From assembly GCF_020745735.1 (NCBI RefSeq), contig NC_083405.1, positions 58,804,345 through 58,868,344 of the forward strand: 64,000 bases of DNA. The letters run 5' to 3'. Both the position numbers and the translations under genes were made by a program. Shown in pieces: positions 13,381-24,474 of the stretch (position 1 is the first letter of the stretch; every line of letters begins with the position of its first letter). The DNA comes from Hemiscyllium ocellatum. Lineage: Eukaryota. The notes below the pieces were generated by a model. The model searched no databases. It saw nothing but the letters and a program-made list of their open reading frames with translations, and had not been told where the DNA came from.

Positions 13381-15581
13381 GGGAGGTTTAAGACACTGCA
13401 TTTAATATGGCATTAGTTAGTGACAACTCACATATTAATACACAACTTCTGGTTTTATTTCAGATTTCCAGCACTTGCAGTTCTTAATTCTATTCAACAG
13501 TCTACCCCACCAATATAATAATATGAAATAATGTTATATAAATTTCACGAATGGCTTTCTTTGGGCATGGTTTTTATGGCATTTTGCATAACAGTTGTCA
13601 CAGAGTAAAAGCCACAGTGTAAAAGTAATACATATATGTATTTAGAAACATTTTAAATACACAATAAATAGCCCCTTCAATAATCATGAGACTGGACTTA
13701 TCAATAACCTTCCCAAAGATTCTCTAAAGTCAACAATAACCAGACAATCAACACCCAGATAATATTCAAGGCTGTTCAGGAGGTAAGAATTGTAATAATC
13801 ACTACAGTGATCACATCATCACGAAAAAAATACTAAGAATTGCAAGCTACACCCATCCTACAAAATGAGTTAGTGACTTTTCATTTACCTGATTGGCTGA
13901 CCTATTCTGGGGGTTACCTGCAATACAATCCTTTATCTTGACATTATTTACTTCGAGTCATCGAGTCATAGATTTGTACAGCATGGAAACAGACCCGTCG
14001 GTCCAGCCCGTCCATGCCGATCAGATATCCCAACTCAATCTAGTCCCACCTGCCAGCATCTGGCCCATATCCCTCCAAACCCTTCCTATTCATATACCCA
14101 TCCAAATGCCTTTTACATATTGCAAACGTACCAGTCTCTATCACTTCTGCTGGCAGCGCATTCCATACACGTACCACCCTCTGCGTGAAAAAGTAGCCCC
14201 TTAGATGTCTTTTATATTTTCCCCTCTCACCCTAAACCTATGCCCTCTAATTCTGGACTCCCCCACCCCAAAGAAAAGACTTTGTCTAGTTATGCTATCC
14301 ATGCCCCTCATAATTTTGTAAATCTCTCTAAGGTCACCCCTCAGTCTCCAACACTCCAGGGAAAACAGCCCCAACCTGATCAGCCTCTCCCTATAAGTCA
14401 AACCCTCCATCCCTGGCACCATCCTTGTAAATCTTTTCAGAACCCTTTCAAGTTTCACAACATCTTTCCAATAGGAAGGAGACCAGAATTGCATGGAATA
14501 TTCCAACAGTGGCCTAACCAATGCTCTGTATAGCTGCAACATAACCTCCCAACTCCTGTACTCAATACTCTGACCAATAAAAGAAAGCATACCACCTTAC
14601 TCACTATTCTATCCACCTGCGACTCCATTTTCAAGGAGCTATGAACCTGCACTCCAAGGTCTCTTTGTTCAGCAAGAGGTCCTGGGGATTTATCCACCTT
14701 TAGGTGTTTCAAGACATCCAACAATTCCTCCTCTGTAATATGGACATTTTTCAAAATGTCACCATCTATTACTCTACATTCTGTATCTTCCATGTCCTTT
14801 TTCACATTAGATACTAATACAAAATACTCATTTAGTTTCTCCCCCATTTTCTGTGGCTCCATACAAAGGCCGTCTTGCTGATCTTTGAGGGGCCCTATTC
14901 TCTCCCTCGTTACCCTTTTGTCCTTAATGTATTTGTAAAAACCTTTTGGATTCTCCTTAATTCTATTCGCCAAAACTATCTAATGTCTCCTTTTTGCCCT
15001 CCTGATTTCCCTCTTAAGTATACTCCTACTGCCTTTATACTCTTCTAAGGATTTACTCGATCTATCCTGTCCACACCTGACATATGCCCCCCTTTTTTTT
15101 TAAAAGCCAAACCTTCAATTTCTTTCGTCATCCAGCATTCCCTATACTAGCAGCCTTTCCTTTCACCCTGACAGGAATATACTTTCTCTGGATTTTTGTT
15201 ATTTCTGAAGGTTTCCCATTTTCCAGCTGTCCCTTTGCCGGAGAACCTATCCCCAATCAGCTTTTGAAAGTTCTTGTCTAATAGCATCAAAGTTGGCCTT
15301 CCTCCAATTTAGAACTTCAACTTTTAGATCTGATCTATCTTTTACCATCACTATTTTAAATCTAATAGAATTATGGTCACTGGCCCCAAACTGCTCCCCA
15401 CTGACACCTCAGTCACCTGCCCTGCCTTACTTCGCAAGAGTAGGTCAAGTTTTGCACCTTCTCAAGTAGGTACATCCACTTACTGAATCAGAAACCTTTC
15501 TTGTACACAAAGTCTGGTTGAAGATTTGTAGCTCGGGTGTCCGTTGTTGTGGTTCTGTTCGCCGAGCTGGAAGTTTTTGCT

Positions 15582-15621
15582 GCAAACATTTCGTTCCCTG
15601 GCTAGGGAACATCATCAGTAC
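15582..15621 (-). ncRNA. Hammerhead ribozyme, mirror copy (family A), two substitutions
   Basis: GTA-CTGATGA-T-GTTCCCT[AGCC]AGGGAAC-GAAA-TG-TT-TGC on the minus strand. Confidence 0.75.
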
Positions 15622-16747
15622 TATTGGAGCCTCCTGTGAAGCGCTGCTTTGATCTTTCTTCCGGTATTTATAGTGGTTTGTTCTTGCCGCTTCCGGGTGT
15701 CAGTTTCAGCTGTAGTAGTTTGTATGTGGGGTCCAGGTCGATGTGTCTGTTGATGGATGTTCTTGCCGTTTCCGGGTGTCAGTTTCAGCTGTAGTGGTTT
15801 GTATATGGGGTCCAGGTCTATGTGTCTGTTAATGGAGTTTGTGGATGAATGCCATGCCTCTAGGAATTCCCTGGCTGTTCTCTGTCTGGCTTGTCCTATG
15901 ATGGTAGTGTTTCCCAGTCAAATTCATGTTCCTGGTTGTCTGAGTGTATGGCTACTAGGGATAGCTGGTCGTGTCGTTTTGTGGCTAGCTGATGTTCATG
16001 AATGCGGATTGTCAGCTGTCTTCCTGTTTGTCCTATATAGTTTTTTGTGCAGTCCTTGCATGGTATTTTGTAAACTACGTTGGTTTGGCTCGTGCTGGCT
16101 ATTGGGTCCTTTGTTCTAGTGAGTTGTTGTCTGAGTGTGGAAGTTGGCTTGTGTGCTGTTATGAGTCCTAAGGGTCGCAGTAGTCTGGCTGTCAGTTCTG
16201 AGACGCTCCTGACGTATGGTAGTGTGGCTAGTCCTTTTGGTTGTGGCATGTCCTCGTTCCGTGGTCTATCTCTTAGGCATCTGGTGATAAAGTTGCGTGG
16301 GTATCCGTTTTTGGCGAATACCTTGTATAGGTGTTCCTCTTCCTCTTTTCGCAGTTCTGGTGTACACCATGAACATCAGCTAGCCACAAAACGACACGAC
16401 CAGCTATCCCTAGTAGCCATACACTCAGACAACCAGGAACATGAATTTGACTGGGAAAACACTACCATCATAGGACAAGCCAGACAGAGAACAGCCAGGG
16501 AATTCCTAGAGGCATGGCATTCATCCACAAACTCCATTAACAGACACATAGACCTGGACCCCATATACAAACCACTACAGCTGAAACTGACACCCGGAAA
16601 CGGCAAGAACATCCATCAACAGACACATCGACCTGGACCCCACATACAAACTACTACAGCTGAAACTGACACCCGGAAGCGGCAAGAACAAACCACTATA
16701 AATACCGGAAGAAACATCAAAGCAGCGCTTCACAGGAGGCTCCAATA

Positions 16748-16787
16748 GCACTGATGATGTTCCCTAGCCAGGGAACGAAACGTTTGC
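16748..16787 (+). ncRNA. Minimal type-I hammerhead ribozyme (family A), intact core
   Basis: GCA-CTGATGA-T-GTTCCCT[AGCC]AGGGAAC-GAAA-CG-TT-TGC; predicted cut after 16784. Confidence 0.85.
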
Positions 16788-18068
16788 AGCAAAAACTTCC
16801 TTTCTTGTATATACTTAACAAATTCCTCTCCATCTAAACCCTTAGCATTATGGCAGTCCCAGTCTACGTTTGGAAGGTTAAAATTCCCTACCATAACCAC
16901 CGTATTATTCTTACGGATAGCTCAGGTCTCCTTACAAATTTGTTTCTCAATTTCCCTCTGACTATTAGGGGGTCTATAATACAATAAGGTGATCATCCCT
17001 TTCTTATTTCTCAGTTCCACCCAAATAACCTCCTGGGATGTATTTTCGGGACTATCCTCCCTCAGTATAGCTGTAATGCTATCCCTTATCAAAAACGCCA
17101 CTCTCCTTCCTCTCTCGCTTCCCTTTCTATACTTCCTGTAGCATTTGTATCTTGAAACATTAAGCTGCCAGTCCTGTCATGTTTCTGTAGTTGCTCTGAT
17201 ATCCCTGACCCATGTTCCTAACCATGCCCGGAGTTCATTTGCCTTCCCTGTTAGGTCCCTTGCATTGAAACAAATGCAGTTTAATTTACTTGTCCTATCT
17301 TGTTCCTGCCTCTGCCATGCATTCATGTGCTCTATCCTCCTATTCCTGCCCTCACTAGCTCGTAGCACTGGGAGTAATCCAGATATTACTACTCTCGAAG
17401 ACCTCCTTTTTAAATTCCTGCGTAACGCTCTGTAATCTCCCTTTAGAATCTCAACTTTTTCCCTTCCTATGTTGTTGGTTCCAATGTGGACAACTGACCT
17501 CTTGCTGGCCCCTCTCCCCCTTGAGAACAGTCTGCATGCTCTCTGAGACATCCTTGATCTTGGCACTAGGGAAGCAACCACCATTCTGATTTTTTTTGCT
17601 GCTGGCCACAAAAAAGTCTGTCTGTATCTGGGACTTGACAGTCCCCTAACACAACTGATCTTTTGGAATCCGACATACCCCTCGTCACATTAGAGCCAGT
17701 CTCAATACCAGAAACTTGACTGTTCGTGTTACGTTCCCCTGTGAATCGATCACCCCCTACATTTTCCAAAACATCATACTTGTTTGAAATGCGAATAGCC
17801 ACAAAAGACTCCTGCACTAACTGCCTACCTCTCAACTTTCCTGGAGTTATCCCATCTATGTGACTGTATTTGCGACTTATTCCCCTTCCTACAACTGCCA
17901 TCTATCACATACCGTTGCCGCAGCAAATTCCTCATTGCCTCTAATTGTCTCTCCAACCGATCCATTCGATCTGTTAAGATTCGCAACCAACAGCATTTAT
18001 TACTGATACAATCCACAGTAACCTGTAAACTTTCCTTAAACTCCCACATCTGACCAGAAGCACATATC

Positions 18069-18164
18069 CTTCCTGATGAAGGGCTTGCACCCGAAACGTC
18101 GAATTTCCTGATCCTTGGATGCTGCCTGACCTGCTGCGCTTTAACCAGCAACACATTTTCAGCT
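18069..18164 (+). mobile_element. 96-bp non-coding hammerhead-bearing insertion (family B)
   Basis: Perfect 14-bp TSD CAGAAGCACATATC at 18055-18068 and 18165-18178, splitting the CR1 ORF1. Confidence 0.9.
18070..18103 (+). ncRNA. Minimal hammerhead ribozyme (family B), intact core
   Basis: TTC-CTGATGA-A-GGG[CTTGCA]CCC-GAAA-CG-TC-GAA; GUC triplet, predicted cut after 18100. Confidence 0.82.
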
Positions 18165-18969
18165 CAGAAGCACATATCACTCTACTAAAGGCCATATTTG
18201 CTCCTTCACAATCTTAAGGCACAGAAAATAACACTTTTATTCATCTATAAAACACTGCTCCAGGTTAAATTAATAGTTACGGCTTATTTTTTAAGTTTAA
18301 TCCAGAGACATCTCTCAAAAAAAAATCAAGAACCCACTCTACTCACTACTGTAGACTTTCTGTAGGCCACACTTAAAACTATCCACTTATCTGTTTCTGT
18401 GCTGTGACTTTGCCCAAACAGTTCCTCCAAAATCAGTTGTGAATTTCACTGTTTGTTAATTTTCTCAGATGCACGCCGATATCCAGCGATACATGAATTC
18501 AAACAGCAAAGGCAGTAACTGTGTAGTTTCACTATGGTGTCAGTTTCTTTCTCTCTCTCTCCTGCACTGATCTCACCAAGTGCTTCCTTTGTCTGTACCT
18601 CGCCCTTTATAAAACTGCTGCTGTTCTGAATATTTTTCCCCCGAAGTTCAAAAACAATGCAACAGCATATGAAACAGTAATTGCTGCTCCTGGAATGCGA
18701 GGAAATCACCTCCAACACCAGCTCTTACAGCCAGAAAGTTTTCCCATCCTCCACCTTCCCTGGGAGGTTTGGGCATGTGATTCCCACAGTACTGAACCCA
18801 ACTGTCTTTATACCAAAACAAATTTGAAATAGCCCACATATTTTAAGAGTCCGCGCTTCTCCATTCAACATCTACTGACGATAATTGACATCCCTAATCG
18901 TGGGGTGCAAACGAAAAGCCTCTGGCCTGTAAAAAAGCAAACCAAGCTATATTTGTGTTCTCTATAAGC

Positions 18970-19270
18970 AAAGAGCCCAAGAAGCATGGTATTCCAACCG
19001 GAATTCTACCAACACACACACTGACTTGCACCTGATTTACCATCCCAGAGATAAATAACAGGAAATGACATCACCATAGTAAGTGACATCAACAACACAA
19101 AGAAACCCAAACATATAAATAGAAAGCAGGAATCATCAGCAATGCATCGTCTAGAGGCTCACTGAAAATGTTGCCTGGTGTGTGACGAAAAGTCTGAAAA
19201 TTACCTTCCAGCTCAGCGAGCAAACCTACATCCAGACCCTCAACCTGAGCTACAAATCTTCTCAAAAACA
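18970..19270 (+). mobile_element. Older Poseidon-like PLE 3' remnant with degenerate hammerhead at 19159-19197
   Basis: EAWYSNRNSTNTHTDLHLIYHP aligns with EAWHSSTNSINRHIDLDPIYKP of the 16 kb element; tail ...gagctacaaatcttc is shared. Confidence 0.75.
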
Positions 19271-19843
19271 TGCTAAAAGTTAGTCTATTCAATAGCGATT
19301 GTGGAGCAACAGACCACATATTTTTAAAGGAAAAAATAAATCACAATCTCCTTATGGATAGATGGAGAGAAGAGGGAGAGGGATTTGTTTTAAAATGCAA
19401 TCTGTCCATAATATTTGCATAGAAATCTAGACTCATGTATCATAGCACCATCTATCAAACAAACCTCTGCCCATTTCAAATGCAGTCCATTACAGCCTGA
19501 GAGATTTATGGCACAAATGGAGGCAGTTCAGCACATCATACTGATGTCAGTAAGCACTTTTGTGGAAATCTCATTCCTCTGTTCTACATACGTTGCCTAA
19601 CAAAACTCATTCTAATGAAATGCCTATCTCATTTTCATTTAAAATCACTGATTATCTCTGCTTCAACCATCTTTGTAGGCAGCAAGCTCCAGATGTTTGC
19701 AACTTACTACATGAAAATGTTCTACCACATATACATTGTGTATCCGTTGCCCAAAATCTTAAACATGTTCCTTAGTTTTTCTCCCACTGGCTAGTGGGAA
19801 TAACTTTTCTTGGCTCATCTTTATCTAAACCTGTCATAACCTT

Positions 19844-20017
19844 AAAAATCACACACCACCAGATTATAGCCCAACAAGTTTATTTGGAAGCACTAGCTTT
19901 CAGAGCATTGCTCCTTCATCAGGTAGTGCTTTTAAATAAGCCTGTTGGACTATAACCTGGTGTTGTGAGATTTTTAAACTTTGTACACCTAAGGTCAACA
20001 GTGACATCTCCAAATCA
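19844..20017. mobile_element. 174-bp fold-back hammerhead element (family C)
   Basis: Inverted arms spanning 19842-19977; TSD tgtcataa(c/t)ctt at 19832-19843 and 20018-20029. Confidence 0.85.
19891..19925 (-). ncRNA. Minimal hammerhead ribozyme (family C), core intact, sense to VPS50
   Basis: TAC-CTGATGA-A-GGAGC[AAT]GCTCT-GAAA-GC-TA-GTG on the minus strand. Confidence 0.78.
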
Positions 20018-20754
20018 TGTCATAATCTTGTGCAACTTAACCAAATCTCCCCTCAAACTCCTTTGCTGCAAGGTGAACAACCTTGTCCAGCTGTAATTAA
20101 AATTCTCTAATCTCTGGAAACATTCCAGTAAATTCTCTTCCACCCTTTTAGAGACTTTTGTCCTGTTGGTGAGTAACAGTGGACAGAACACTCTCCTCAG
20201 GGAGAGAGGAGCTTTATAACAATACATGATAACACCCTACTTTTGCCTTCTGCATCTATTAACAAAACCCACACAATTCCTTATGGCTTTCTAATTACGA
20301 ATCTTTATTTCTTGTCGCATTCAAAGGTTGATAAACATGCACCCCCAGGTTTCACCTTCCCCAACTCAGTACTCCAGAAACACTTTTCCCCAGGGTGAGT
20401 CCACTTTGAGCTTGAAGATTGTTGCAACTCCTCAATCAGAATTGACGTAATGGGCGAGAGACTGTGAAAACAAAAAGCGACAAAGGCCTGAAAGAGTAGG
20501 CATCTGTCGGAAGGAAAGCACTGCTGTCATACCTTGGTCAAAGCTCATTGGACGCTATTAATACCACAGAACTGGCAAGCCCAAAATTACAACTTATTAC
20601 CTCAATTGCCGAATAACAATCCTAGTTTGGGATTCCTGCCCGCACACCCTGCCATTGTCTGTACTTCCTCTCACTTCTGCTAAAAAGCAATTACTTCATG
20701 CATTTCTTTATTAAATTCCATTCATTACCTTTCTGTCCATTCTGTTAACCTACT

Positions 20755-21088
20755 ATAGAGTCATAGAGATGTACACATTGGAAACAGATCCATTTGTCCA
20801 ACCCGTCCATGCCGACCAGATATCCCAACCCACTCTAGATCCACCTGCCAGCACCCGGCCCATATCCCTCCAAACCCTTCCTGTTCATATACCCATCCAA
20901 ATGTCTTTTAGATGTTGCAATTATACCAGCCTCCACCACTTCCTCTGGCAGCTCATTCCATACATGTACCACCTTCTGCATGAAAATGTTGCTCCTTAGG
21001 TCTCTCTTATATCTTTCCCCTCTCATCCTAAACCTATGCTGTCTAGTTCTGGACTCACTGACCCCAGGGAAAAGACTTTGTCTATTTA
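20755..21088 (-). mobile_element. HER1/CR1 3' fragment
   Basis: SLFPGVSESRTR.HRF...VVHVWNELPEEVVEAG and the HER1 tail. Confidence 0.88.
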
Positions 21089-21614
21089 CCATAGCACCGA
21101 CCCCCCCCCCCCCCCGAACAGCAACCCATCCAGACCCATTTCCCAACCCTACATTCACCCCTGACTAACACACCTAGTATGGCCAATTCACCTGACCTGC
21201 ACATCATTTGGATTGTGGGAGGAAACCGGAACAAACCCACACAGACACAGGGAGAATGCGCAAACTCCACACAGACATGCAGGAGTCAAATCCAGGACCC
21301 TGGTGCTGTGAGGCAGCAGTGCTAACCACTGAGCTACCGTACTGTCCATAAATCCTTTTTTGGAAACAGACCCTTTGGCCCAACTAGTCCACACCAACCC
21401 TCCGAAGAATAACCCACCCAGACCCATTTCCCTCTGACTAATGCAACTAACACTAGGGGCAATTTAGCGTGCACACCTTTGGACTTTGGGAGGAAACCGA
21501 AGCACACAGGGAGAATATCTGTGTGGAGTTTGCACAGTCACCCGAGGCTGGAATTGAACCTGGGACCCTGGTGCTGTGAGGCAGCAGTGCTAACCACTGA
21601 GCCACCACGCCACC
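21089..21614 (-). mobile_element. Two tandem HE1-type SINEs
   Basis: Two tRNA-like heads (gcagcagtgctaaccactgagc at about 21313-21334 and 21581-21602) with V-SINE core sequence. Confidence 0.85.
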
Positions 21615-23095
21615 CTACTACTCTTCAGTCTGAAATGCAGCCATTTAACACAATTCACTAATTTAAAACCTTAAGCCAACTTTATCCATGTTGAATCTGA
21701 TACTTCAGTTCCAAGAGTTACAATAATGTTAACCAGCTTTTTTGAGAGATAGTTTGCCACCTACTTAAAATTCATACATATATTCAATATGTTCTCTTCA
21801 ACTTCTTTCTTGATTAATTAGGTAAATCAAGCACAACTTAACTTTTATGAATCCATGATGGCTCTTAACATGATTCATCAAATGTTTCTAAACGTCTGTC
21901 AATTTTCTCCTTGATTATTATTTCTCAAACCTTTCCTCATACCAATGTCGAACTAACTGATCTGTAGTTGATAGAAAAGTAAAAGCCTTTCACAATATTA
22001 ACAAATTGCTGCGGTGAGGAGAAAACTAAATTGACCTAACTAAACCAAACAAAGGGAAACTGAGGCTCTGAAAAGCAGCCTGTCTAAGGCATTCTGTAGT
22101 TTAGTTAAAGATGCAAACAGTTTCGCCAACACTGAATTTTCTCAACTTTTAAAAAATGAACCAAGACTGAAGAGTATCATGTTTTTATTAATAAGTTGTT
22201 TAATTTAAAAGATTATTCATGGAATACAACTGAAAAAGATTAGAGAACAGGTATTGAATATTCAGTGATTCTATAGAGATTGTGCCAGAATGTATCACTT
22301 TTTCCCAGTTTTCTACATTTTCACTGTTCTTGATGCTGCTGCTGGGACTTGGTTTCCCCATTACAGTCCATTTGCCAAATCAAGCTGTAACCACAAACCT
22401 TGTCAGTGATTGTGACCGATTCATTGACAAATATCAGCATAGTCAGCAAGTACACAAAGCAAAGTGAAACAGAAGTCAAGAAATCTGTTTTTAGAGCAAA
22501 CTCTGAAGCTGTTGCACCAGATACTAAAATTGTGTGAAGCCTGAATGACATATGAAAGCTTTTTCTACATAAACAAGAAAGCATAGTAACTGCTGTGATA
22601 TGATTCAAATGACAAGATAAAAAGACCAAGAGTCAGTTTGGAGATCTTGGTTAACATTTAGTATGCCTTGCTCTTATCCAGAATTACTGTCAAAGATATG
22701 AATCATATATCCATCTGTCATATAGACAGAGCCCACGAACAGATACTTTTCAAAGTGTCTTGCTATTTTCTGCACCCTATGTTTAAGGCTTTCAGGACAT
22801 GCTTTGACCATGTAAACTCCAGTATTGCTTTCCTTTGAATAGTTGATGCTACCATTTGAAAGTTAGGCCACGAGTTAACAAACGTATTTCATACAATTGT
22901 GCAGTTTAACTACATAAAGGTTTGAAAGCCACCCAACAGATTGTCTCAGGTGGTCAGGATGCAATTTCATGCATCAAAACATTTTCAGATTTACTTGTAG
23001 TTTACCACTTCATTCAGTAGAGTTCAAAGTCTAGTAAATAAAGATGAATGACAAATAGAAATCTCTTGTTTGATTTATGTATAGATCAGTGTTAC

Positions 23096-23178
23096 CTTAT
23101 GCAGCTGTAGTGTTTGAATGTGCTAGCTGCTTTCTGACATTCCAAACAGAGTTGTATTGCTCCAGGATAATCTTCTTC
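23096..23178 (-). CDS. VPS50: VPS50 exon, 83 bp
   Basis: [27 protein letters not shown](S); acceptor ttaAG, donor GTaac, ends in phase 2. Confidence 0.97.
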
Positions 23179-23469
23179 CTTAAACAAACAATCATAAAAG
23201 CATTCAGACCTCAACAAAACCATGAAACCAATTTTCACTTGTAAAAAAAATTCCCAAATTGTCAATAAAACTATGAGCGAATCTACATTAAAATGCTTAG
23301 TTTAACCTTGAATGATCAGTTAGTGACAAGGCATACATGTAAGGCCAGACTTCCGGGCAGAAATACAAAACATATGAATTATGTGACATTGAGGGCATAG
23401 AATAGAACAGAAGACACTGTCCTTTTAATATGATAACCCAAGCCCTGATGATTCAGGTGGATGAAGACC

Positions 23470-24360
23470 ATCATCAGGCTCTATTCTAAGTGGAGATCTG
23501 AAGTGTTAGGTTTTGCATTTGCAATAAACCATGGGAATACAAAATAAACAGGAGGGTATTGAGAGGGGCATGGGGAGTAAAACGCCTTGGAGTGGATCTC
23601 CACAGGCTCCTGAAGATGGCAGGCCGAGTCAATGAGATGATAAAGGAACATGAGCAAACTTTTTGCACGTTGGGTGAGGTACTGAACAAAAATGCTAGGA
23701 TATCATGCTGGAACTGTACAAAGAAGCAAGATCAGTATAGAATAGAATACCTATAGTGTGGAAACAGGTCCTTCGGCCCAACAAGTGTACAATGACCCTC
23801 AGAAGAGTATTCCACCCAGATCCACTCCCCCATCATCACTAACGAATGCACACACCCTGAACACTATGGGCAATTTAGCATAGCCAATTCAGCTAACCTG
23901 CACATCTCTGGATAATGTTGCCAGAGCTTGAAAATTGCAGGTCAGAGGAAGAATTGGATAGGCTAGAGCTGTTGTACTAAGAACAGAAGCAGCTGGGATA
24001 CATAATTGTGGTGTATAAAATAACGTGGGGTCTTGGATAATGAAAACCTATTTCCCCCAGTGGAGAGATCAATTATCAGCTGGTACAGATTTAATGTGCC
24101 TGGTAAAAGGATTGGAGGGCTCAACAGAAAAAGATTTTTCATGCAGAGAGTGGTAGAATGGAATTCACTGTCCACTTTGACAGCTAAGGCAGAAACCTTT
24201 AGCTCATTTATAAGTAACTTGGATCTGCATCTCTATAACCTACAAGGCTGGGGCCCAGGTGCCAGAAAGTGGGATTAGAATGGGCAACTCATTTATTCAG
24301 CTGACACTGACATGATGCGCTGAATGGTCTCTTTCTGTGCTGTAATTATTCTATGGCTGT
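23470..24360 (+). mobile_element. Decayed CR1 3' part with nested HE1 SINE fragment (about 23735-23915, minus)
   Basis: LGVDLHR.LK and FFMQRVVEWNSL motifs; SINE core ggcaatttagcatagccaattca. Confidence 0.7.
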
Positions 24361-24474
24361 TGCTATGCTTCGGTCAACATCCTTCCTTAATTATGAATTA
24401 AGGTGACCAAATAGAGCTGAGCTGCCAACTGACTATGATCTAAGTGAACCATTAAACCATTTCTCAGAATACTG

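Larger units (their letters stand above)
15510..16800 (-). mobile_element. 5'-truncated Penelope-like element (Poseidon-like) with inverted pLTR copy
   Basis: Minus-strand frame NGYP...LPYV...VVYKIPCKDC.KNYIGQTGRQL..RIHEH (GIY-YIG). 16368-16800 is an inverted copy of 15569-16000. TSD tttcttgta(c/t)a(c/t)a at 15497-15509 and 16801-16813. Confidence 0.93.
13958..18720 (-). mobile_element. Long HER1/CR1 LINE: 5'UTR, ORF1 (Zn-finger and SGNH esterase-like), ORF2 with RT core deleted; interrupted by two PLE-family insertions
   Basis: ORF1 motifs C..QMWE...C and VVHIGTNNIG...VISGLLPV; ORF2 pieces ICFNAR, IKENPKGFYKYIK, KVDKSPGP, LVRPLLEY.MQFWSP; HER1 tail at about 13960-14060. Confidence 0.9.
19490..20350 (-). 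mobile_element. Decayed CR1 3' fragment (host of the 19844 insertion)
   Basis: LFTLQQRSLRGDLVKLHKIMT continues as GLDK once the insertion is removed. Confidence 0.7.

Noticed and set aside
13893-14204. Recurrent peptide family 'YSMETDPSVQPVHADQISQ' (also at 20.8, 38.3, 40.6, 61.0 kb)
   Set aside because: It is the antisense reading of the HER1 LINE 3' tail, not a gene family.
16080-16748. Longest plus-strand ORF (222 aa) as a novel gene
   Set aside because: It is a chimera across the PLE inversion junction: antisense PLE sequence fused to the sense GIY-YIG C-terminus.
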